The position numbers were made by a program, and so were the translations under genes. This document shows positions 49,391-62,088 of a stretch of 64,000 nt of DNA, one piece after another. Origin of the DNA: Malacoraja senta (taxonomy: Eukaryota); NCBI GenBank assembly GCA_038087875.1, contig CM075989.1:9858001-9922000 (forward strand), in the 5' to 3' direction. The first letter of the stretch is position 1; each line of letters begins with the position of its first letter. The notes below the pieces were generated by a model that made no database searches, was not told the origin of the DNA, and saw nothing but the letters and a program-made list of their open reading frames with translations.

Positions 49391-52300
49391 CTCATTGGTC
49401 ATCTGTACTCAAGGGAATGGAAGCCTCGTCTGTGGAACTCATCCTCAATTTTATCCATCTCCAGATGTTGGTTACAGTTGGCAAACAGTTGTATTACTCT
49501 GTTCTCCACTATTGAGAGGCTTATAAATATTAGTTTTAATGTTCTAAATAATGTTAAACCTTGCTCGCAGTTTGGATCACATTCATTTAAAGCAAAATTA
49601 AATTCCATTGCAAACACTCAGGGATCCCTTTCCCCATGTTGGTGTTTGAGATCCCGCTACCTCAAAAGCCTGATGTTAGAACCCAGGATCAAGGCCACAT
49701 GTCTATGCAGCCCATGCTGAGAGTTTTGTGGCAGGATAATATGCCATATTTCTTCACAATTCATTGATTAATCTTCTTAATGAAAAAGTGCAATGAATTT
49801 AGAATTAATCTGATGGAAGCATTGCTTCTGTGATTAAATATATTACTCTGTTCTCTCATCTCCCCAATTCATCTGTTGCCTATTATTCTGGTTCTATGAA
49901 AATGAGATTCAGCATCCAAAATATAAATTGTATATTTTAAAAATTGAGAAAAGTTCAATTATCACTGTTTGATCTCACAGAACAGAAGTACATATGGCAC
50001 AATCTCCTTGTAAAAGGAATCACTATGTTAGCATATTACTATACAAATGCCTCATTTTTTGTCTTCCACTGTTAATGGAAAATGTTTTGTAAAATATTTG
50101 TTGCGTCTATTGAACCCATCTGAGACAATTTCCTCTTATATCTAATGACCCATCACGCTTATGTGAAATGCAATTCAATGTGGCTTCAGCATGCATTAAG
50201 TGGAATTGAGAGCAGCATACAGACTCTGTGTCCACATGGTATTATCTGCTCACTCTTCCTTGAGAGGCTGCATCGCTCATTATCCAGACCAACTCAGTTC
50301 CACAGAAAGGCTTAGGCCTGTTTAAAACTGAAGAGCCTTTTTCTTTTATAACATAATAGGGACACATATGTTATGCTGGAACAAATAAGCAGAAACTAGC
50401 TGCTTTAAATGCCTGGCACAGGACTCAGAAGCTCTTCTTCCACTCTTCTGTTCAGCTACATTTTCTTTTTCTTAAATACCACATGGGGTCCACTTTCTTC
50501 TTTTCTTTGGGATTAATTACCCTTCAAGCTGAGACCAATTACTCCCAATAATTAAACTATACACATGTAGTTTTGCAAGAGGGTAACCAAAAAAAGCACA
50601 TCTGAAAACAGTATTTTAAAATTATTTCCGTGACCCTTTCCCCCCCCATCTTCTGCGAGGCAAGGTTCCATGGTCACTTGCTGCCCTCTGGAATATGTCC
50701 CGTGGCCGTTCTCCATGGCTGATGTTGGTGAATGTCAGTAGGCAGCCGACCATGAAGGGCGTCACAATCGAGCTGGATTCTTTTCTTCAACTAACATCCG
50801 CGCATCTATACTTGTCAGCAGAGGTTAGTGACGAGTGGCATACATTGACCACTTTTTCTCCCTTTCGCACCCAAAGGTGCTTAATACAATTGTCATCGTG
50901 GCCAAACTCACCTAACTCAGTGCAGACTAGTAATCATATCCGAGACTTCCTGGCATGAACGCTTTAGTCATTATCAAGGTTTTTTTTGTATATAAAACCT
51001 AAGTGCATTTCAAACAGCACAAAATGTCATCTAAATTCGCCATATTAACAGGTTTACGAGGTGCAATTAATTAGGCATTATCATAGTCAAAAATCTTGAA
51101 TATTTCGTACATAGCACTCTAATAAAGCTGTCATTGTGATACAAGACAAAATTAAATAAAAAAATCATGTCACTTCATTTTCGAGCATACGTTACGAAAC
51201 AACTGATTTCGTTTTCTGGTCACATATTCCAATTAGTTTGTACTGTAAACTTCTACCAGCTTAAGACTGAATAAAGATTTTCCCCAACCCATCTTTCTTG
51301 ATCGACAATGTTTTGTTCCCATACTGAGAGGCTGCAAGTTACATTATATTGCTGCAACTTTAACACTTCAAGATGTTCCTGCAAACTTATTATACTTGCT
51401 ATCAGAGCATTAACTTCCAAGTGTACCTAGCCAACAACGTATTTGGTTTTTCCCCATAGTCTTCATTTTAGCCACTGTTCAGATCTTCCCAATTGATTTG
51501 AAATACCTTGACAATAAATGAAGAGTTCGAGCAGTCCTTACAAACGTGACAATTACATCCTGAAGTTTAACTAAATAGTCCTACAAGTTTCAAATTTAAC
51601 TGCTGAAAAATAGACCAATGCTTTTTGGTTCTGGTATATTCAGAATTGCATATAGGCAAAAATTGCACAAAGACAGTAATACATAAAAGAGCTGGTTTAT
51701 AAAGTAATTCACCAAGACAGATGTTTTGTTTAACCTGCAATTAAACACTGCATGGAAAGGAAAGGGCAGAGGGAAAGGTATACTAAATTTCCAGAGCTTC
51801 AGCTAATGGTCGATGAGATGAAGAATTATTTTGTGCTACGCAGTTCTTTGTATCACAGAAAGCAGTGAAATTTGTCTCATATTACAAAGAATAGCCAGAT
51901 GAAAATTATTGTCACAGAAGGCTGCATGATAACTGTGACAGGAAAATAAAGGTGAATTCTCAAACTATGTATAAACAAGAAATACACCACAAATCTTTTT
52001 CCCCAACAAGCTGCACTATTAATTTTATTCTCCCTAACATGCACACCAATTTCAATCAAAACAGCTATCGAGTGACCTGAACAGAGGCTTTTGCACCGAT
52101 ACTTTAGCCGTTGATAGGAAATGCCTCGGAACAGCCGAGGGATAAATATTCCATCTGTTTATTTTTCTTAACCATTGCAGCAAAGAACTCAGTGGATTAC
52201 AGTGAATGATAAGGAACTCATCCAAGGAGAATGGTAAGCAGATCTTTTAAACTAACTAAGGTTAAGTCAAATTAAATATTTGTAATTGTTTTTTGCATGT

Positions 52301-53873
52301 GTTTGATTATTTTTAAATATATATATATATATATAAATATATATATTTAAAAAAATACTTCTTATGTGATTTTGAAAAGGGTGGGGCCTTGCCAGCTGTT
52401 GAGGCCTTTCTGGGATCACAGCTGGCCAAGTGTTCAGAGAGGCCGTACACCAGAGGAAACAGCGTGATTCCAGATCTAACTAATAAGATGCATTATAAAC
52501 ACATGCTGATATAATGAGGAAGTTACAGTAAGGAGATGCAACAATTACTACATTGTGAAGAGCTACACTTATTGTAAATACATGCATTAAACGTGACAAA
52601 ATGCAGAAATATGCTATCATATGAAAAAGGAAAAATAAATGGTTATCTTTGGGCATGACCCTTCAATGGAACTGGCATACAGAGTTGACATAAACCAAAG
52701 GGTGAAAATACTGTCTGGCCAGGTTCTAAAAGGTTACCTTGCAAGCATCTCTTGTGCAATCAGACCTTCTTACTGGTTCAAGGCAGTCTGCAGTAACAGT
52801 GTTGTTCTTGCACAACATGGATATTTATGGGAATTGTTCCATACGGTTTTACGATATGCTTCTTTACTATGGTATTCACATTGTGCTATGAAAAAAACAG
52901 CATTTCACCAGCAAATGTTATCAGCCACCATTGTCAGCGTAGGCTTTCGAACATTTCGATATAGATGTGGAATACGAGCCATTTATTTTTTTTACTGTTC
53001 TTTTCTTAATACGGCATATTTTAGAACATTCCACCCTGCAGGGAAGGACCCCTATTGCTCCACCATATTGAAGTGTGTGCCTGATGAAATTTTATAGGAT
53101 AGGCTTACAAGATCAGACCTGATTACACATCTGAAGATGCAGATGCCTTTTAAAAAAAAAATCAAAGCACAAAATATCTTTCTGAAATAACAACAGATAA
53201 TGTAAACCTTCACAGTTGTTGAAAATAAAATGAAATCCAAAATGAAATGTATAGCAAAATTGAGAAGATACAGTCATGTCATTGTGGTAATTGGTCGAAT
53301 CGTGGCACCAATGTTAACATGCCGAAATTCTCACCGTGATAGTCACAGGAAACCGACGATGTACCTGCATGGTTTACAGGTGTGGCAAAATTTAGGAAGG
53401 AAAATGCGAGTGTTTTTTTTAATCTGATGGTGCAGCAGTTAAGATGCTCATTTCACATTATTGTAGGTTGGTGCCTGAGGGGCTTGGCTGATAATTGAAT
53501 TCACCAGGGAAACAGATGATCAATTTTATCAGCTCTCAGCTTGGCTGCTTGGTGGGGCACCCCGTGGAGTCACAGAGACCTGGGGGGATAAGTTGTGGGG
53601 ATGGGGGGTGGAGTGGTGAGGGGGTTATATCTCAAAGAATACTAATACGGGATTTCTTACAGTGCAGCAGACATGCCTCCTTCTGGCTTAATTTGGTATA
53701 TACATTGCAAAGGTCTGTGCATCCATTTGGTGCTGCATTTCTGTTAGACAGACCTGTACCTGTAGGCAGTCCTGACTCTAATGAGGGTTCTAGTGCTTAT
53801 CACTATCAATTCCCCATCATATGAAAACGTAGTCCCTTCTGCACCGAGAGGTGTGAATGCCTGGGCTACCATT

Positions 53874-54095
53874 CAAGATACAAGATACAAGATACATTTA
53901 TTTGTCACATGTGCCAGTTGGCACAGTGAAATGTGTGTTCACCATACAGCCATACAATAAAAATAAAGAACACCACACACGATAGAGTTCAACATAAAAA
54001 AACATCCCCACACAGCAGAATCAAAAGTTTCCCACTGTGAGGGAAGGCACCAAAGTCAGTCCTCTTCCTCTAATGTTCCCCAATGTTCACCCGTG
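53874..54095 (-). mobile_element. 3' fragment related to the unclassified retroposon at 8491-9156
   Basis: Shares TTTATT(T/C)GTCACATG..CAGTGAAATG..ACATCC(C/A)C..CACTGTG..GGAAGGCA..AAAGT..CAGTCCTC; (CAAGATA)n tail. Confidence 0.65.
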
Positions 54096-57000
54096 TTCAC
54101 CCATTCTCTCTCTGCCCTTCTGTAGGAACAATCCACAGTGTGCTGGGCAATATCTTCCTGTACATTTTATACCTGCTGGATTCTTAGAATGGTTTCCTTT
54201 CTGCAGTACCATTGCAAATCCTAACCATATACTGAAAGAACAAGTGTTTGTGCTTTTGCTCAGACGATGTATTTTATTCCTGAAGTGACGAAAATGCAAA
54301 TATGACTTAAAAGCAGCTTTGCAAGAGTGCGGGAGCAGCGTTTCAGTCGTGCCACTGGTGATTAGTGATGTGCACCTGCAGTGTAAGGCAGTGAGTTCCA
54401 TAATACCGGTACTATTTGTATGCTGGTATAATATCTGTTCACTTTAAAAGAGACTTAGAGAGTACAAGACAATTTTCATATATTGCGATGCCACTCTCAT
54501 AAACAGGAGAAAAAAATGTTCCATAGACCGATCAGGGAGTGCATGCATCCCAGCTTAACTCAGCCATCTTGAAATAGTGCTTATTACCGGCGTCAGATAT
54601 AGTGCTATAAGGTCAATCCTCAATTTCAGACCAAAACACCTAGGCTTTATTCTCCCCGCAGTCTTTGCAGATATCTAAATTTTTTTTTTAAACACAAAGA
54701 TCAACTACTCTCCAATAAATCTTTGATCTCAAGGTTTCCCTTCTTTATGCAAAAATGCTAAAACAAATATGCTACATATATGGTAATTATTATGGTTTCC
54801 AAATGTTCCCTGCCAGTTATTGCGTTTCAGGTATATTGCAAGACAATAATGAAAATAGCAAACAAACATTAAAATGAGATTCAGCAACTAAAGCCAACTA
54901 AATCCAAAATATAGGATTGGTATGTAAAGGCCTATTTTGTCTTGGTCTAAAATTAATCTCATCTGGAACAGACACATTTCCCCCTCAAATACAAAATCAG
55001 AAAATGCTGGAAACACTCAGCAGGTCAGACAGCATCTGTGGGAGAAGAAACGGCTAATGTTTCAGGTCTGTGGGCCAGGGGGTCCCTATCCCACGTCTAT
55101 TTGTATCAGCCCTCCGGCATCTGCAGGTTTTGATTCGTATTTCCCCCTCAATTACCCCTCACAGCAGGGGTAATTCTGCAATTATGCATTTGTCAGAAGA
55201 GGTCAAAGTCAGAGATAAGGCCACAGTATTAGCCTGAAATACGGACCAAATGTCCAGTTTTTATACTCTATTTAGCAACAATGTATTCACTGATAAAATC
55301 ACTAAGATATAGTTGCCCTCTCAGGTTTATCTTTAGTTAAGTTAAGCTATCATTCTAAAACCTATTATTTCATTCAAATTATTGATTAGAAATCAGACTT
55401 CATGTGTTGCTTTTTAGATAAGCATTAAGAGAACAGTATAAATTGCTTGGGGAGTCTCAAATTACAGAACTATGCGGTCTTAAAAATTCAAGCTCAAATG
55501 GATTTTCCCCAATTTATCTTTTACACTTTTTTTTTATTAATACCTCCATCCATATTAATCTAGCCTTTTCAATTCTTTACAGGAAAAAACCCTTCTTTGG
55601 TTATTTTCAAGGACTATGGTTGGTTGCCTGGAATTGTCTACTTATTCTTGTCTATTTGTCTTTGTTTGTAGAATTATATTGTGTGGAGTTTAATAGAGTA
55701 TATAAAGTATTTTTCATGTTGTCAATAAATGTAGTCAAGAGTTGTGATTTGAATTGGCAGAATTTTAATTGCAATGAAATGGCATCATAAAATTAAGTGC
55801 GAAAACCAAGCAAGTGTGGGCTTTTTGTTCAATCTCTATTGTTCATCAAACAGACTTTGCGTTCTATATTGCTAGGTGTTTAACCAATAAAGAATGATAG
55901 TTTTACACGAATTACATCATAAGCATGCAGGAAGCCTGCTTTACACAAAATGATTTTTATATTACAGAGATTCTATCATTTTGCTGTTCCTGGAGTTTCA
56001 TATTTTTGCTCATTGTCAGGCACATTAATCCTGGAGATTCTAATCTAAATGAGGTGAAATTGAATATCAAAAAAAATCTTGTGAGCTGTTGGATTTGGAA
56101 TTAGTGTTGCAAACATTTGGAAAATGGTCATGTCAACATGGTTCACCATGAGAGTTGGACACTGAATAAAGCGAAGGTAGAGCAGTGGCTCGAGTAGGAC
56201 ACAGAGATACTAAGCAATAGGAAGAGTGGAACATGCTCTGCCTCTGATCTGTAGGTCTCAACACTCTCCACCCAATTCTCAGAATTCACAATTTCCCTGC
56301 AGTCCAAAAACATACCCCAAATTTGTACATTCTTAATAACTCTGCGTCTGTAGCTTTCAGAGACAACTCTCAGAGGAATCAATTCCCCATCAGTACGATA
56401 TCTGACTTGTTAACTTGAGATCATGTTCCCTGGTCAAAATATCTCATCAAGGGAAATATTCTGATAGCAACCACTCAGGAAGCTCTCCAAGAATCTTAAG
56501 GATTTCCATGAGTTGACTGAGCTATTTCAAAAGTAGGAAGAGGTGCAGTGAAAGGAGAAAGAGAGTAAAGGGCATTATTGACAGATGAAAGCAAAACTAA
56601 CGCAGAAGAGAAAAAAATGAAGCATGCGAGTGGGGATGGAAGGGAGGGAGCCATGATGTGATGCATTTCTCTTTCCCCAACATTCTTTACCTGTAAAAGG
56701 CACCTGTACATATATGGGACTTCCATTCACAACATACCACCCATCAAACGAAAAAGGCAGAATTAAATAATACATAAAAGAAAGAGATGTTAATAAGAAA
56801 CAAAAAGCAGGATGGACAAAGAAAAATGTGTACAGAGCAAGTATATGATGGGAGAGGGAGTGCACTCCCCAACTTATCAGATCATATACATGTTATAGGA
56901 ACGCAACCAGTTATTTATTGAAACCTTATAATACACTATTCATTGTCTATATTTCTTGTAACATGTTAATGTCATCCTTAGTGCCGTTGTTCTACATCCT

Positions 57001-57179
57001 ACCATCTCTACCTTCAACTTGTCTGCTCTTCACTCTGTTAATCTTTGGCTTTCACCCCGGACCCTGTGTTATGTTCCTCGACACACATCCTATAGTAAAG
57101 TCAGCTTAAAAGGAATTAAAGCCGAGTTAATGGAAATATGCAGGAATATATCCCTGTCGAGAGCCATGAGCTACCAGTT

Positions 57180-57249
57180 GGACGATGACACGTTGGCCTG
57201 GCTCACCTCAACGGAGCGGTAGGTCTAAAAGACATACGACAGAAGAAGA
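57180..57249 (+). mobile_element. Severely 5'-truncated Vingi/Ingi-like LINE 3' end
   Basis: 11-bp TSD AGCTACCAGTT (57169-57179, 57250-57260). Encodes DDDTLAWLTSTER*; tail CATACGACAGAAGAAGA. Confidence 0.7.
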
Positions 57250-57347
57250 AGCTACCAGTTTCTTGCAACTATAACTACCAACATTTGGAAAATTAAATAA
57301 ACTACTAACACTGGTATCCTAGCCTGTTGCAAATCTTGCTAAGCCTT

Positions 57348-57812
57348 GATAGAGTGGATGTGGGGAGTATGGTTCCACTAGTGGAATAGTCTTTGACTGT
57401 AGTTTTTGAAGGCTGTTGTTGTACACAAATTAGCTGACAATAGACAATTGTCTATTGTCAGCTAATTTGTGTACAATTGTCTATTGCCTATTGTCAGCCA
57501 ATTTGCAGTGTTTCCTAGTTTATAAAAGTGAATAGTCTAAGAATAAAAGGATGTACCTTTAGAAAAGTGATGCGGAGGAATTTATTTCGTCAGACGGTGG
57601 TGAATCTATGGAATTCATTGACACAGACAGCTGTGAAGGCCAAGTCAATGGATATTTTTAAGGCAGAGATTGACAGATTCCTGAATAGTATGGGTGGCAG
57701 TGATTATTGGGAGAAGGCAGGAGAATGGGGTTGAGAGGGAAAGATTGATCAGCCATGATTGAATGGCGGAGTAGACTTGATGGACCAAATGCTCCTATAA
57801 CTTATGAACTTA
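57348..57812 (+). mobile_element. CR1/HER1-like LINE 3' end with an internal insertion at 57393-57529
   Basis: AGAGTGGATGTGGGGAG..., GTGGTGAATCTATGGAATTCATTG, AAGGCAGAGATTGACAGATTC, CAGCCATGATTGAATGGCGGAGTAGAC. Confidence 0.85.
57419..57476. repeat. Perfect 58-bp spacerless palindrome
   Basis: TTGTACACAAATTAGCTGACAATAGACAA followed directly by TTGTCTATTGTCAGCTAATTTGTGTACAA. Confidence 0.95.
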
Positions 57813-58199
57813 TGGAGATGGGAGGGTTCAGAGAGTGGTCATAAATGTTTTACAAATTTTATTCTGATCTCCCACCAAAAGTGTTTCTAGACCCCAATTA
57901 CTGCATCCTACCCGGCATTTAAGATTCTATGGCTGAATATCAAACTTTGAGCCCAACTGCAAACCACATTATACAAGGACCCAAATGCATTTTTGCAAAT
58001 GTTCCAGAAGATGAAAATAAACTTAAAATGGCACAGGGTTTATTACTTAAAAGGTAGAAACTACAAAGTGCTCTAGTTTTGGGGGAATTTCACCGTCGTC
58101 AGTAATTGACAAAGTTTAAATGTTAGATGATATTTTAAAGGAAGTGAGCTCCAATCATCAAAGCATATTTCCTCCCCCTATTTCGATCACATTTTGTGG

Positions 58200-58715
58200 C
58201 GGCCATAAACCCAGTGGGTGAGGATCAGGCTTTTGTGTCAGAAGGATGTGGGTTAAAGTTACTGGACTTTAAAGCACTGCACTGACTGAAGAAGGGTCTC
58301 GACCCGAAACGTTGCCTATTTCCTTCGCTCCATAGATGCGGCCTCACCCGCTGAGTTTCTCCAGCATTTTTGTCTACCTTCGATTTTCCAGCATCTGCAG
58401 TTCTTTCTTGAGTACTGACAAAGGTGCTGTCTTTTAGATGAGATGATAAACTGTGATGCTGGCTGCCAACTCAGTAGTATGTGAATGATCTTTCGGGACT
58501 ATGCAGGAGGAAAACAGGGGTGGGGTATCCTTGTCATCTGAGCCAATATATTGCTATCCACATTATTAAAACAGATTAGCTCATTACTACTGTGGTGTCG
58601 TTTTGGCTGCTGTGTTTCCTAGTTTATAAAAGTAACTGCACTTCAAATGCCACTGATTGGCTGCATAGAGGTTTAGAACATCTTGGAGATTTTGTGAAGC
58701 GCTGTTGATTATTTG
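58200..58715 (+). mobile_element. Degenerate Deu-domain SINE interrupted by a Penelope terminus (about 58286-58410)
   Basis: GGTGCTGTCTTTTAGATGAGATGATAAAC, GGCTGCTGTGTTTCCTA, CACTTCAAA..ATTGGCTG resemble the recalled SacSINE1. Confidence 0.6.
58286..58313 (+). ncRNA. Minimal hammerhead ribozyme-like motif, intact core
   Basis: CUGAAGA-A-GGGU(CUCG)ACCC-GAAAC-GUU. Confidence 0.55.
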
Positions 58716-59199
58716 GTAAAGAAACATCTGATCATCCAAACTCCCAATTTGCTTTAAATGTTTCATTAAAAATCGTGAAAAACTGGGTGCTCGAAATTCA
58801 ATAGCGTTGGACAGTTTTTTCTTTACCTGTCAATAAGTCTGCTGCAACATAATGTGGGCTTCCCTGGATGAAAATTTGGAAGTGTGTGCAAGGTGTAACT
58901 TGTTAAGATGTCTGTATCAGTAATCATGGGCATTAGTGCTGTATAGAGTGCTGTATTGTTTTTCAGTGCCAAGCTGGTGTGCAAGTGTGGCTGTGCATTT
59001 GTAGGCTTTTTGCTGTATATGCCGACTTTGACCATACCCATTATCATTAAATTCCTTGACAATCAGGTCATGCCACAGGCAGCTGCCATATGCATTGACT
59101 TTCCTGAGCACCTCGTTATTTCCAATCTGGAGCCCTTCCTGAATCTATGAACCTACAAGACTTTGTTCTTGGTGTCCAGATTTCAACCTGCTCTAACTC

Positions 59200-60598
59200 A
59201 ATTTACAAGTTTGCAAATGACACCACCACAATGGGACAGATTGCAAACGACAAAGAGCCAAAGTGCAGGGAGGAGATAACGAACCTAGTTGCATGGTGTC
59301 AAAAGAGCAAATGACAGAAGGGCTAATTGTCTTCAGGAAGCGGGGTGGAGTACACGTCTCAGTCTGTGTCAATGGTGCTGAAATGGAGTTAGCTGAGAAC
59401 TTCAGGTTTCTAGATGTAAATATCACAATCTGTTCTGATCCAACTATATTGGCTCTAAGTCCAAGAAAGCACTCCAATGTCTCTAGTTCCTAAGAAGGTT
59501 ATTTATAACGTTTGCAATGACTCTTATAGATAATAGACAATAGACAATAGGTGCAGGAGTAGGCCATTCAGCACCACCATTCAACGTGATCATGGCTGAT
59601 CATCCCCAATCAGTACCCCGTTCCTGCCTTCTCCCCATATCCCCCGACCCTGCTATCTTTAAGAGCCCTATCTAGCTCTCTCTTGAAAGTATCCAGAGAA
59701 CTGGCCTCCACCGCCCTCTGAGGCAGAGAATTCCACACTCACAACTCTCTGTGTGAAAAAGTGTTTCCTCGTCTCCGTTCTAAATGGCTCACCCCTTATT
59801 CTCAAACTGTGGCCCCAGGTTCTGGACTCCCCCAACATCGGGAACATGTTTCCTGCCTCTAGCATGTCAAAACCTTTAATAATCTTATATGTTTCAATAA
59901 GAATCTCTCTCATCCTTCTAAATTCCAGAGTATACAAGCCCAGCCGTTCCATTCTCTCTGCATATGACAGTCCCGCCATCCCGGGAATTAACCTTGTAAA
60001 CCTACGGTGCACTCCCTCAATAGTAAGAATGGCCTTCCTCAAATTAGGGGACTAAAACTGCATACAATACTCCAGAACTTGTTAAGTTCTACAGGTGCAC
60101 CATTGAAAGCATTCTATCTGGATGAATCATAACTTGCAGTAGCAACTGCACTGCCCCAAAAAATTCAGAGTTGCGAATGCAGCTCAGTCCATTGCACAAT
60201 CCAGCCTCCTCCCCATCAACTCCATCTTTACTTCGTGCTGCCTCAGGAAAACAGCCATCATAATCATGGACTACTCACACCCTGGTCATGCTCTCTTTAC
60301 CCCTCTCCAGACAGGCAAAAGATACAAGAACATGAAAATACATTCCATCAGATTCAATCACAGCTTCTTCTCTGCTGTTATCAGACTCTTGAACAGACCT
60401 CTCATATGCAGGAGATGTATTTCCCCATCTTCCAATCTACCTCGTTATAGCCCTTGCACTTTGTAAAAATGCATGTCCATGTTCCTGTAACACTATATTC
60501 TGTGTTTATTTTCTGTTTTGCACAATCTGATGTTTACATGTATGGTAGGATTTGCCTGGATAGCATGCAAAACAATGTTTTCATTGTATCTCGGTACA
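59200..60598 (+). mobile_element. Old Rex1/Babar-type LINE fragment split by a CR1 insertion
   Basis: LIVFRKRGGVHVSVCVNGAEMELAENFRFL (59263..59493). After 60076, YRCTIESILSG and HPGHALFTPLQTGKRYK..RFNHSFF. Confidence 0.75.
59527..60076 (-). mobile_element. CR1/HER1-like LINE 3' end
   Basis: ORF 59668..60042 IEGVHRRFTRLIPGMAGLSYAERMERLGLYTLEFRRMR..LIETYKI; (CTATTGT)n tail. Confidence 0.92.
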
Positions 60599-60601
60599 TT
60601 T

Positions 60602-61398
60602 AAATAAGTAAGTTTATTGGCCAAGTATTCACATACAAGGAATTTGCCTTGGTGCTCCGCCCACAAGTAACAACGCGACTTTGAGTCCTGAAAAGCGCTA
60701 TATAAATAAAATCTATTATTATTATTATTATTATTATACAGTGACAGTTACGAATGACTCAGAAAACACTAAACATTAATAATAATAAAACATTAATGAT
60801 AAAACACCATTGATCAAGCATGTGAACCAACAAAATACCAGATCAAAGGGACTACAGATTTTTGGCTGTTGAGAACTACTCATGCATAAAAACTGTTTTT
60901 ATGTCTGGCCGTGGCAGCTTTGACAATCCGGAGTCGCCTTCCAGAGGGAAGTGATTCAAAGAGTTTGTGGCCAGAGTGAGAGGGATCAGAGATGATCTTG
61001 CCCACTCGCTTCCTGGCCCTTGCAGTGTACAGTTCATCAATGGAGGGAAGGTTGCAGCCAATAACCTTCTCAGCTGATCGGACGATTTGCTGCAGCCTCC
61101 AGGTGTCATGCTTGGTGGCTGAGCCAAACCAGACCATGATGGAGAAGGTGAGAACAGACTCTATGATGGCTGTGTAGAATTGGACCATCATTGCCTGTGG
61201 CAGATTGTGCTTCCTCAGCTGCCGTAGGAAGTACATCCTCTGTTGTGCCTTTTTGACTGTGGAGTCGATGGTAGCCCCCCACTTAAGGTCCTTGGAGATG
61301 ATGGTTCCCAGTAACTTAAAAGACTCCACAGATGTGATTGTGGTGTTGTTGATGGTGAGTGGGGTGAGGGGAGGGGGAGCTCTCCTAAAGTCTACAAT
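60602..61398 (-). mobile_element. Rex1/Babar LINE, young 3' fragment (post-RT DUF1891-like region plus 3' UTR)
   Basis: ORF 60880..61542 LIVDFRR...FKLLGTIISKDLKW...KKAQQRMYFLRQLRK...IIESVLTFSIMVWFGS...LPSGRR. Tail GGCCAATAAACTTACTTA. An L2-like tail with (TAT)n is inserted at about 60680-60737. Confidence 0.9.
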
Positions 61399-61900
61399 CA
61401 GGGCCGGATTTACATATAAGCTTGACAAGCTTAAGCTTAGGGCCTCGAGATCTAGGGGAGACCTCACAGAGCCGGATTTACCACTAGGCTTCATAGGCTG
61501 AAGCCTAGGGCCTTGAAATCTAGGGGGCCTCCGACCTGCCATTCAACTCTGGGCGGGCCCCCCTCTCTACCTCTATCTCTCTCTCTCTGTCAATCTCCAT
61601 CTCCGCCCGCCATCCGTATCCGTGTCCGGGCCGCCGGGCTCCGCTCGCTCCTCATCCGCCAGCATGGCAGGCCGCCTTGCACATGCGCACTGCTACGGCC
61701 AGCACATCCTCCCCGCTGCACATGCGCACAACCACGGCCAGCACATCATCGGCCGCCTTGCACATGCGCACTGCCACGGCAACTGGTCGGCGCTGGGCAC
61801 TTTCTCCCTCGCTATGAATTGTGGGAGATCTGGCCGCCATTGCTGTCTGGTCGCCGCCTTGCTGCGACCACTGAAAACCAACGCAGAATCACTCCCTGAC
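61399..61900 (+). mobile_element. Probable hAT-type non-autonomous DNA element, left end only, CpG-rich
   Basis: Begins CAGGGCCGGATTTA, repeated as CAGAGCCGGATTTA at about 61467. No matching right TIR seen. Confidence 0.45.
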
Positions 61901-62043
61901 CCTGGATCTGGAGTAACTCCCTGGAGTAACTCATGCATCTGGTTTCCTGGTCCTCCATAAATATTCTAAATGGAATTTAAACTGGAGGTGGTGGAGGGCT
62001 GAACAATAACAGCCTATTGCATTTTATCTGTTTATTTATTTTG

Positions 62044-62088
62044 TATATATATATATATATACACATATATATATATATATATATATAT
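62044..62088. repeat. (TA)n microsatellite
   Basis: Directly visible. Confidence 0.9.

Noticed and set aside
49399-49617. Minus-strand ORF with faint resemblance to IQCH (QLFANCNQHLEMDKIEDEF)
   Set aside because: Lacks conserved residues and splice sites, and ends in a stop next to a repeat.
52639-53097. 152-aa plus-strand ORF
   Set aside because: No recognisable homology or motif; composition typical of translated non-coding DNA.
61513-61960. Several overlapping 80-130 aa ORFs
   Set aside because: Result of GC-rich tandem repeats with few stop codons.
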